The notes under the pieces were generated by a model. The model saw nothing but the letters and a program-made list of their open reading frames with translations, was not told where the DNA came from and searched no databases. From Syncephalis fuscata S228 (taxonomy: Eukaryota; Fungi; Zoopagomycota), in the NCBI GenBank assembly GCA_025786725.1, contig JAHLTZ010000053.1:43383-107382 (forward strand): a stretch of 64,000 bases of DNA, in the 5' to 3' direction. Shown in pieces: positions 1-12,698 of this stretch (the stretch's first letter is position 1; every line of letters begins with the position of its first letter). A program made the position numbers and the translations under genes.

Positions 1-1396
1 ATTAACTGCTATTTACTGATTGTACCAATTGTTTAATATTAATAGCTGGTAAGTAGTATTATATAACAATGAACTATAAATTAATCACATTTTATTGATT
101 GATTGACCGATTATTCAATACTAATAGGCTGTAAGTAGTATTATATATTAATTAACCATGCATTAACTAAGCTATTTATTGATAATATTAATTATTTAAT
201 ATTAATAGTGGGTAAGTATTATTGTATTTTAATTAACTATACATTAACTATACTAATTACTAATAATATTAACTATTTAATATTAATAGATTGTAAGTGA
301 TATTATATATTAATTGATTATTTACCAATCGTATATGATGTACTATGCGCGTCAACAACTCAATATAATAGGGGGTAAGTGATATTGTATATTAATTATG
401 TTATTTACCAACTGTACTGATTATTTGATACTAATAGGCAGTAAGTAGTATTATATATTAATTAACTATGCATTAAATATGTTATTTACTGATTACACCA
501 ACTATTTAATATTAATAGAATGTAAGTTTTATTGTATATTAGTTAACTATACATTAACTCTGATATTAACTGATTATACCGATTATTTATATTAATAGGT
601 CGTAAGTGGTATTGTGTATTAATTAACTATAGATTAACTGATATTTACTGGTTGTACCAAATACTTAATATTAATAGGAAGTAAGTTATATTGCGTACTA
701 GCTAACTATATATTAACTGCTATTTACTACTTGTACCAATTATTTAATATCAATAGATGGTAAGTGGTATTGTGTAGTAACTAACTATGCATTAACTATT
801 ATATTTACTAATTGTGCCAACTATTTAATATTAATAGGCAGTAAGTAGCACTGTATATTGACTAATTACTCACTAATCACATGCTATTTACTGATTGTAC
901 CAATTATTTAATATTAATAGGCTGTAAGTGGTATTGTATATTAACTGCCTATATATTAACTGCTATTTATTGACTGTACCAATTATTTAATATTAATAGG
1001 CAGTAAGTGGTATTGTGTAGTAACTGACTATATATTAACTATTATATTTACTGATTGTGCCAATTATTTAATATTAATAGGAAGTAAGTTGTACTGTGTA
1101 TTAACTGACTATATATTAACTTCTATTTACTGATTGTATCAATTGTTTAATATTAATAGCGAGTAAGTTGTATCGTGTATTAACTGACTATATATTAACT
1201 GCTATTTACTGATTGTGTCAATTGTTTAATATTAATAGTTTGTAAGTAATATTCTATATTAATTGACTATAAACTAATCACATGTTATTCACTATATATA
1301 TCAATAACTTAATAATAATAGGCTGTAAGTAGCATTATATATTGATGGCTTATGCATTAATTATATGTCATGTAATATCTTTATTTGTAAATACAG
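1..1396 (+). repeat. Tandem array of ~80-bp units, each a 63-80 nt GT-AG intron plus a 3-nt exon
   Basis: Unit consensus approx GTAAGT-GTATTGTATATTAACTGACTATATATTAACTGCTATTTACTGATTGTACCAATTATTTAATATTAATAG; splice ends invariant, the intervening trinucleotide varies freely. Confidence 0.95.
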
Positions 1397-1398
1397 GA
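46..1398 (+). CDS. Micro-exon gene A (3' part; 5' end lies outside window): 17 three-nt exons plus terminal exon, Cys-rich peptide C-terminus xGLDWGKCRNGSCRTIC*
   Basis: Exons between AATAG and GTAAGT: 46-48 CTG, 128-130 GCT, 209-211 TGG, 290-292 ATT, 372-374 GGG, 438-440 GCA, 519-521 AAT, 599-601 GTC, 678-680 GAA, 757-759 ATG, 838-840 GCA, 921-923 GCT, 1000-1002 GCA, 1081-1083 GAA, 1160-1162 CGA, 1239-1241 TTT, 1322-1324 GCT; last acceptor CAG ends at 1396. Phase-1 reading ends in T|GA followed by TAA. Confidence 0.8.
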
Positions 1399-2895
1399 TA
1401 ATCGATGGTCTCAAGACATTAGCATTGGTAGTGCAATCAAGCCACTATTCCAATACACTTTAGGTATATATTCGGTGAAAAGCAAGACCATTTGACAATT
1501 ACGCCGTCCAGTCCACCTATATATCAAGTTTTGGCTAATGCTCCGGTTTACCCAGTCTTTAACCAATGGAATCATTATGTTACCAACAAGCTTGCAATCA
1601 GTTGTCTCTATTCAACTTTGCAAGCTTATAGTAATAAACCTATGGTTTCATCTTAACTATATACAATCAAATTGCTATATCTATAACCATGTTTTATTTA
1701 CATTCGATAATTAACAACTATTAATCAAATAGTTAAATTAACAAAATGTATATGATCATATCACCTAAGCTATAGGCATAGATTGGTATGAATAGTAGCA
1801 AAGCTATCATTATCATATAGCCAAATAATAGTATGCTGAAACTAGAATAAAAACGCTTTTTTAATAGAACATGGCAATAAAGCATAGGATATTATAATAC
1901 AAAATAAATAGACAAATCAAATACGTGAATAGTGATAGTGAAACTATACTGTATGCAATTGGCCAAGAGTAATGAACTAAATGAATCAAAATCTGCTAAA
2001 AGAATACAGTTAGCAATGAGCTTTTAGCCTTTGTTAGTATAATTTTTACAATTTACAATATTAATGGTATAGATGGTCATATAGTACAAATACACAGGAT
2101 AGATATGCACAGTACAATAATAATGATAAATAAATAGCTTAATAATCAATGACACTCAACAGCCAGTTTCATTTTCAATAAAGCGGATATTTTGTTTAAA
2201 TGTGTGGCTATTATAGCTATTTAACTGCCAAGTCACATCAAACAACCAATAGTGTGCTTAATATTATCAAAAAAGTTATTTTATTTAGTTAATAAAAATA
2301 TTATAAGATTCAATACAAATCAAGTGGTTTAAATGATCCGTCACAGCACCCTTTTAAGCTTTTTTTGCCATGTTCCATGACTTTTTTAAATTGGAACATT
2401 GGAGCGATTACTGCGACATTTAAAAGTAGATGTTACGAGTAGATTGTTATAGTTTATCAATGACAAATGCCATGTTGACGGTTTTATTTTGCATATCTTT
2501 ACTCTTGCTTGATAAACCAACTAATTAATTTAAGTTGATCAAAGCAATAACACTTTTATGTAATTTATAATTATTTAATTGCTAAATCTGATATTTGAAA
2601 TGCTCTAAATAAGCCAATCTAATCTTATTTGTTGGTTATTTTTTTGCTTGCATTAAAATTTATTTATTTATTTTAATGTTTGTTTCATTAGTTGTTTGTT
2701 TTTATTTTTCAATAAAGACATTTATTTTAACATTAACTACTATGCCAACATTATTATTCTAATTTTTACAGAGCATGTTTTTTATTGTATTTTTTGAGTT
2801 GCATTTGCTACAATTAACTAAACTATGTAAATAAACAAAGTTTTAAATTAAAATTCGTTGCATTTATTGTAATTGGCTTTTTCAAATTTTCTCTA

Positions 2896-3668
2896 TTTTA
2901 CTTTGACGCTCATATTTTGAGCCCTTAAAGCAAAACTCATTCCAATTGAAGTCGCACTGCTATACATAACAATTATATTGTTTTTTATTAAATATTGTTA
3001 ATAAATTGATTTAAATAAGCAATACAATATAGTATTTGATTTCTTTGAAATGTTTGAGGCCGATTATTATTGTTGTTGGCTATGTGTAGAAAAATTGATT
3101 GGATATTAATAAAAGTCATATAATTGATTTTATATCGTTTCATAGTTGTTATTGCTGTTACTATGTACAGTGTGGTTTATTGCGTTTAAATGGTCTCTTC
3201 TATTTTCCAATCTTCTACTGTCGCATTTGGGGAGATTTGCAATGTGAGATACTCGTCTATGGTGACAAAAAGGTAGGACGACTAACGTTTCTAATGTTCA
3301 CTACTCTCTTGAACATCCTTGGTATTAACTTGATAGACGGAGTTTATTTACCAATCATTGATAAAGCAAATCGACCTCCACCATATGCAATAATAATAGG
3401 TTGAGTGTTTTCACTAGAAAGATATTGTGGTGACAGTTGTAACCAGAATATACGGCATGCCGTTGAGGTTACTTGAACAGATGTTGATGTAAATAAGAGA
3501 AATAAATACTAGTGATTGAATATGTTATTTATTGATGTTTATATATACATGCTATTTATATTGTTATATTTAACATTATCACATAATATATTAATGAGTA
3601 AAACAATAGGATAGCAATAGGAAAAGGAAATGAAATAAGTAAATAAAAATGTGGGAATCAAAGTACAA
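2896..3668 (-). mobile_element. Non-autonomous TIR element carrying decayed Fanzor (TnpB-like) C-terminus, copy 1
   Basis: Minus-strand broken frames: PIIIAYGGGRFALSMIGK*, VTIDEYLTLQI, KCDSRRLENRR, MTFINIQSIFLHIANNNNNRPQTFQR. Degenerate TIRs TTTTACTTTGACGCTCATAT (from 2896) and ATGTGGGAATCAAAGTACAA (to 3668); TA on both flanks. Confidence 0.75.
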
Positions 3669-4319
3669 TAGCTTCTTAGTGTTAAATAATTTATTAGTAG
3701 ACCCATATGATTCAGTGTCAAAAGACTAAAATTGACATATTTAATTGAACTACGCATTTGTTATTCTACTAAACATGGAACTAGGTGGTGAGTTATATTA
3801 AATATCAAAATTATAATGCTTTGAGTACTTCAAAGCAATAATATAAATTAACATTTATTTATACTATTATTTATCTATTTATTATATTTTATTGCTAGTA
3901 ACATGAAGTAATATTTAAAACTTACTTCGATATTGAAAATAGTACGGAGTTGACATAGCGCCACTTCAACAAATAATAATTTTAATATCAAAAACTGATT
4001 GATGATCTATTGTTTAATTTATTAATCTTCTTTATCCCTCAGTTTGAGGCTAAGTGGCATAAAGTAAAATAGCTTTTGGAAGATAAAAAGGGCAAAATAT
4101 GAATATCGTCATTATTGGTAATGGGTGGGAGTCTGAGTTGTCGGATTACGATGAAATTAACCGAATAGATGATACGATCAGTAATGATAGTAATAGTAAT
4201 AATAGTTAGTAATAGTGATATAATGATAATATGTAGTGGTACAATTTGACTTTTGTCACCGACCAGCGCTTCTCTTTTTCTTTTGCGGCTTTCCTTGGTT
4301 CTTTCTTTTTGATATAATT

Positions 4320-6066
<1,747 letters not shown>

Positions 6067-6322
6067 TTAATCTCCTGCTTATGTGCGTGTATGCGTCACT
6101 AGAATGCTTATCTGACAATGGCTACACACTTGTCAACATCAATAAACACGTAATGATCGCTGTTATACCTAAATAAGATGGTGTAATTTACTAATGAATG
6201 AGAAAGAAAAGAAAAAATGTAATATCAACATTATAATAATTGTAATAATTCAAAGCATATATATTTTCTATGAAAAAGACTGAAAATAACAAAAATAAAA
6301 GACAGTTACGCAAATAATGGTC

Positions 6323-7846
6323 CTATCCACAATTATATTGATGATAATCAGGTAATGATTGTATTAGTGTACGTTTACCGTCGTCTATCAAGGTAACAAG
6401 TGCACTGCGCACTTTAATTAGACACGGCAATCGACAGAATCGTAATTGCCAAGGCGCATAGGCTGTACGGAACTTTTGCCATATCATAATACTAAGTGTA
6501 TCGTGATAGAGATACGTACCACAGTGCCAACAAGTATCGCCTGTTGCATCAAGTAATGATGTAGTACCATCCAATCTACTCGATTGACGTAATCCAATAG
6601 GCAAATGATGTGGCATTGTTGTAGTTGTAGTTGTAGTTGTAGTTGCTGAGTAGTTATTCTGTTGACCCACTAGTTGTATACACTGTGAATAGAGACCGTA
6701 ATTATGTGCATAGACTTGAAATGGTACTTGATATACACCACGCTTACTTCGTCTCTTTCTTAGTTGTGATGGCTGTACACCCTCAAACTTAACTGGTAAT
6801 CCTGTCCACCATTCATGACTAGGCAATGCATCATTGGTATCGATATCAATAGATGTATCGATATCAATAGATGTATCGATATCATTTATAGTGGTGGCAC
6901 TATGTGAAATGGTCGATGAATTCGGATCTACTATCGTGTGAAATTGTCGTAACCAAAAGGGACATGGTCGATCTTCAATCATCGGCATACTAGATGTTTT
7001 AGATTCTCTTGAATGTTCATCATCCAATCGAATGGTTGGTGCAATCATTAATGGATTATCTTTAAACCAAAAGCATACTAGCAATGCTTGTTGACATAAT
7101 TCAGCCGGTAATGACTTTAGTCGATTACCGGAAACATCAAGTGAACACAAATCTTTGAGTTCAGCCAATTCTTGTGGCAAGTGTTCCAAGCAATTATTAT
7201 AAAGATTAAGATTATTAAGTCGTTTCAATTGTGAAATGCCTTTGGGCAGTGTACATAATTGATTGTTGGATAGATCCAACTCTTCCAATCCAGCTAATCC
7301 ATAAATAGAGGTTGATAATTGAGTAATACAATTATTACCAAGTCTTAGAATACGTAATTGTTGAAGTTGAGGCAATGCCAGTGTTAAAACACGCTAAATA
7401 ATAACCATTAATATTTATACAAATATATACATATGGATATTACTTACAAAATTGGTAATATGTTGCCGTGTTAACTGAATCATATTTGTGGCCGTAAATG
7501 GTACTTGAATAGTTTCAACCGGTGTAGTTAACTTTGGTCTCGTTGTTGATAGTCGTGATGACCTCGTTGACCGCTTCCCTTCTGATAGAGGCGGCGATGG
7601 CAGTTGCGTATATTGAGACGTCATATTGATTGGTATGTTTTGAGAAGTGATATGCTGTAACGGTTGATCGTTCTTATTATAGTCATTAGTCTGTCCCGTA
7701 GTAGCTGCCATTGCTATCGCTTCATCGTAGTCTGACGTATCTTCATCAATTGGCTGCAATCTCTCCTCGCTATAATAACGAGACAGTGTATAGCCATCCT
7801 CGTTGTCTGCCCGCAAACTCCAAAGAATGATTTCATTACACGTCAT
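6323..7846 (-). CDS. Leucine-rich repeat protein (2 exons, intron ~7394-7447)
   Basis: LxxLxLxNNxLxxLP repeats in ORF 6323-7375; Cys motif near C-terminus; upstream ORF joined by a GT-AG intron. Confidence 0.8.
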
Positions 7847-8171
7847 AGTTAAAGATAGAAGAATGCCCGCTAATCAGTAGAAATAACCATTAATGCAGTA
7901 TCTCATTCAGACGCAATAGATAAGCTGTTGAATACTTGATCAACTAGGCAATGCTATGCTTACTGACTAGAAGAATAAGTCAGTGTGTGCTGTGTAAGGG
8001 GAAAAGAAAAAGAAACGTTGGTCACCGTTAAGAACGAGAGAGTTGCGGTATTTTGACCACTGTTCTATTGGTAACAATAGTAAAATATGATTAATATTAT
8101 CGCCGCCTTCTTATCGTTTAAAACTTTTCCTTCTTTTTATTCTATTACTGTACAAGAATATACAAAGTGTG

Positions 8172-10394
8172 ATGTCGACCGACCGTACACTAGCTATTGT
8201 CGATAATGGGGCTTACAGTATTAAGGCCGGGGTGATGGGCCGCGATGAACAGCCACAGTAAGTGGAAAGAGTACAGGAAGGGACGCAGTGTGACGCTTGC
8301 ACAGTACAGTCGTGATTAATAGACCTTTATCAACGGTATAGCGTAATGCCTAACTGCTTGGCTAAAGTAAAAGGGGCACGGCAATGGCTTGTAGCGGATG
8401 AGTTGAATTCTACGCATAATTATGCTGGTCTTTACTATCGATTGCCCTTTGAAAAGGTAATACTAATAGTGAAGTAGCTAATAAATAGTAATTAACATAG
8501 AACTAATGTTAACTAGGGTATTCTAGTTGATTGGGATGTTGAACGTACTGTTTGGGAACGACTATTTTCATCAAATCTATTAAATGTAAGTTAAAAAGAG
8601 ATATGTAAATACAAATGGTTAATCAATTATATTACAGTGTAATCTTGATACAACGTGGTTATGGTTGACTGAACCTTGTTTAAATCTACCCAATGTACAA
8701 GAAACATATGATCAAGTATTATTTGAAGAGTTTGGACTGGATGGATATGCACGCCACACAGGTAATTAGATGAATATATATATGTGTGTGTGTAGTTATT
8801 AATATAATCAATTGTATAGCACCGGAATGGTGTATTAGAAATGATTTAAGTAATTTATTTAACGATTCAATAGCACCTTCAGTCAATGAATTAAATACAG
8901 CCACCATATCAACTATGCCTGATACAAATATATACGATAGAGACTGTGTACTTATTGTAGATGTTGGTTACTCGTTTACCCATGCTGTTCCATTTCTAAA
9001 TGGACAAATGATTAGTAGTGCTATTAGAAGGTAAATCTGGCTAATTAACAGCCATAATGTTGATCTTACTAAACTATTACAGATTAAATGTAGGAGGCAA
9101 ATTCTTAACAAATCATTTAAAAGAGATGATTTCATTTAGGTAATTATTAGTAATATACGAGCTATCTAAAGTTGTATTTAATAATATTGATATTAGACAG
9201 TGGAATATGATGGATGAAACGTATTTAGTTAATCAAATTAAAGAAACGTGCTGTTTTGTATCTTCAGATATCTATCGTGATCTTCGTATCTGTCAGTAAG
9301 TATTTGTATCATTTAAATATCCTTTACTAGATAGATAGTTGTAATAATAATAACAATTATCATTATTATGTATAATTTAGAGATAATCCACGATCTAATG
9401 ACATTTTACAAGCTTATATATTACCCGACTTTGTTGATACACATCAAGGCTATGTCAAGGTAAGTAGTAGCAACTTTATAATAATTAATATTTATTGTAA
9501 TAAAATTAGACACCCGAACAAGTGAAATCGGCACCATTGGCCGAAGAACAAGTAAATTAAATCAAATCAGACCAATTCTTTGTATTCCTAATTGTACTTA
9601 TTGTTTCAGGTGTTATGGATGAATAATGAGCGATTCACCGTGCCTGAGGTACTATTCCATCCCTCAGATATTGGTTAGTATGAATAGCTAAAGAGTATTA
9701 TGGTAGAGTCAATACGATAATCTTTACCAAACATAGGTATGTCACAAGCCGGTTTGGCCGAATTAATCCTGCGTGCCGTCCAAGCCACTCCTGAAAGTAA
9801 ATATAAACGATTTAATACGTACCCATGAAGACACTATTTACATAGATTATATATTATAGCATTACACGCTCTATTATATGCCAATATCATTATAGTGGGT
9901 GGCAGTGCCCAATATCAAGGCTTCTATGATCGATTGTAAGTAGAAATAGCGAATATAATAAATGTAATAAATGTAATAAATGTGATATAATATCTGTAAT
10001 AATTAGATATTCTGAATTGCGTTCAATTGTACCCTCTGAACACAATCTCCGTATTGCCATGCCTCAAACGTAAGTTAATAACCACGTGTCACAATAAATG
10101 GCCTTTTGCATGGCCATTGCTTTAAATCAACGCTTTGTATCATCGTCCATAGACCACTGATCTAACCTACTACTATTATACTATTATGCCATCCTACTAT
10201 CATTTATCTCTCTTATCTCTTTTGTTACACGTTAAAGGCCGGAACAATATGCTTGGCAAGGTGCTTATCACCACATCCATCAACATGCATTGTCGCAGCT
10301 AAAAGAAGACATAGTAACGCGTGCTGAGTATCAAGAAGAGGGCTCATCTGCACATCATCGTCGTCGTCGTCATCACCGTCGTCGTCGTTATTAA
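8172..10394 (+). CDS. ARP6: Actin-related protein 6 (SWR1 complex), multi-exon
   Basis: IVDNGAYSIKAG, YYRLPFEKG, LTEPCLNLP, IVDVGYSFTHAVPF, NVGGKFLTNHLKEMISFR, WNMMDETYLVNQIKE, NERFTVPEVLFHPSDIG, YAWQGA. Confidence 0.9.
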
Positions 10395-10974
10395 TATAGT
10401 GGCTATTCACTATAACATAACATACTATTATAATAAACAAGTTGTTTTTATTTACATGTCATTTAGTTTTACAAAAGCACTTTGAATATCTAACCATGTA
10501 TTCTTCTCTCTCTATATATACACATATATATATATATCATCTAGTATGTATCGACACGATAACCATACTAAATATAAACACGGCTATAACGTTGTTTAAT
10601 ACTGTGTGGGTATATCTGTCCTTGAAGTGATGAAACTCGCACAATGATTGACTCCTTGTTACTCCTACTGAATAAACGACCTTGATCACACTTTTCTACG
10701 TATTATTACTAAAATACTAAAATAAGTAGCAACTACTACCGATATACACACACACAGCAGTGAATGTGAGAGAACTCGAAAGATAAAAGATGGTCTTCAT
10801 CATTCACACACGCCTGCATCCAACGACAAATCCCTTATATTCCCACCCATAACATCCTCCTTTCCTTTTCTCAACCACTCCTGCTCTTTTCTCTTTTGTT
10901 CGCCCGGCCGCTTCATCTTTCCTCGTTCATCATTGCCTGCTACTCTTACTTTCGTTCATTTCTTTTCATCAGGA

Positions 10975-11035
10975 CTTACTACTTACTACTACTTACTACT
11001 ACTACTTACTACTACTACTACTACTACTTACTACT
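10975..11035. repeat. (CTA/ACT)n microsatellite within low-complexity intergenic or leader region
   Basis: acttactactacttactactactact... run. Confidence 0.85.
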
Positions 11036-12698
11036 TTGACATATTTCCACTTGGTTTGTTCGTTTGTGCGTTGTTCGTTTTAGCGCGTACTCCTCCAGTT
11101 TGCGACGTCTCTCTGTTGTAGTAACAACAACAACAGCAGCAATAACACGCCATACTAGCGTTTAGTACGCTCTAAAGCTTTCTCTCACTTTCACTTTCAC
11201 TTTTTTGTTTAACTTGTGCGTTTTCGGTCACGCTCGCTCTTCATTATCATCTGAAGCAATTATACCGTTTGGTGTTTGCCACTTGTTTGTTTGTTTGTTT
11301 GTCTGTTTGCTCAACCGTTTATTTGTTTGTCTGTTTGTGTCCGCGTCCATTGACTCGGTCATAGCCTTGCCTTTACAGCTATTTGGATTGTCGTGTGATT
11401 GTTTGGTATAATAGTGTGCGTGTGTACCCTTATTATACTAGTATTACAACTTTGGTACACGCCAACTATTAATCCGATCTGCCTCCATTAGCACATCATT
11501 GCCATACTCTGCACGCATATACGCAGACACACGTCTCGATTATCACGCGCTCATCTGTTTTTTTTCATTTCACGCTGTGAACTTGACTAAACACACACAC
11601 ACACGCCCATCCACGCACACACTTACACACACATATATATATAACAACTGTGGCCGCTCATCTATCAATAACGGCACAACGATCCACACCTTTTCGGTTA
11701 CTTTTGAAAAACGTATACTTTGATCTTACTGATTACTGTATTGTGCTAGCACAGATCTCTGTTCATCAAACGCAACACTAAAAAATCACTATTATTACTG
11801 CTACTGCTACTACTATTAACACTCCTACTATACTAGTACTACTATTCCTACATTTGCAACAACAACAACAACAACTATACTGACATTTGCGTGCACTTGC
11901 TTCTATTTGGCCTAAATTATAACTATTGCCGTTATTAGTGTTATCCATTTATATAACACTACAGATTCGTCCACTTACAAGCAAGACTGCAAGTTTGGAA
12001 TTGCACCTTCACTCGTTTCAACTTGTGTGTAGGTAAGCACGAGTAACTTGTTAATACATTTCAACATTGTCTAACTATTAATGTGCATTTATTACACTCG
12101 ACGTGGATTTATTTCATATTATAATTATTATTGATTGGCATTTGTGCTTTAATATTAGTTATCCATTCTTTATCGACGTGTATAGCTTGCCTTTCGTGCA
12201 GTTTTTTGTTGCTGTCATTACTGCTATTGTCGGTTTATTCTCGTGTGCTTTTCGTTGCAGCAAATACTATTGCTCAGTATTATTTTAAAGGTATGTGCAT
12301 TAATACTACTATTTAACGGTCTAGCTATATTAATAAGTCAATAGAGTAACTTGTGATACGAATTTGAACGTCTCCCTCCTTCCTGCCATAATCCGCTGTT
12401 ATTAGTATTTGAATAACATTGCCATTTGTGGTATTAAGCTTTGTGCTTTCTTTCTCGCATTCTTTCTTTTGCTAGACCTTGTTTCCACGCATATTACACC
12501 ACGCATACTCGCGCACTTTCCAACTGATTTATTTACTACTACAAACCAACCATTTAAACGCCACCTTTACTACTTGTCCGCGCTCCGATTGCAACGCATT
12601 TGACCGGCCAATCTATTAACTTGGTTCGATCGACCTTTGAATTTTTTCTGCACTTATACTTGTCTTTGCGCTAGTCGCTTATTTGTTTTTATTTTAAC

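Noticed and set aside
1-1396. CRISPR array or plain satellite interpretation of the ~80-bp repeats
   Set aside because: Eukaryotic context, no cas genes, variable part is only 3 nt and is always bracketed by canonical AG/GT splice signals.
46-1495. Phase-0 reading LAWIGANVEMAAAERFADNRW... and phase-2 reading of gene A
   Set aside because: Both are open, but gene B fixes phase 1, which alone gives a Cys-rich peptide stopping at the last junction with a tandem stop. Disfavoured, not formally excluded.
3099-3404. 101-aa plus-strand ORF and its paralog 60851-61201 as a duplicated gene
   Set aside because: Non-ATG starts; they are antisense to the Fanzor remnant.
6836-6885. 18-bp tandem repeat TCGATATCAATAGATGTA
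   Set aside because: In-frame coding repeat (DIDTSI) inside the LRR gene.
9318-9326. ATATCCTTT U12 donor-like motif in ARP6
   Set aside because: Lies inside a normal GT-AG intron (9296-9381) with no U12 branch site or AC end.
10933-12603. Series of short hydrophobic ORFs
   Set aside because: Products of microsatellite and low-complexity sequence; mostly non-ATG starts, no motifs.
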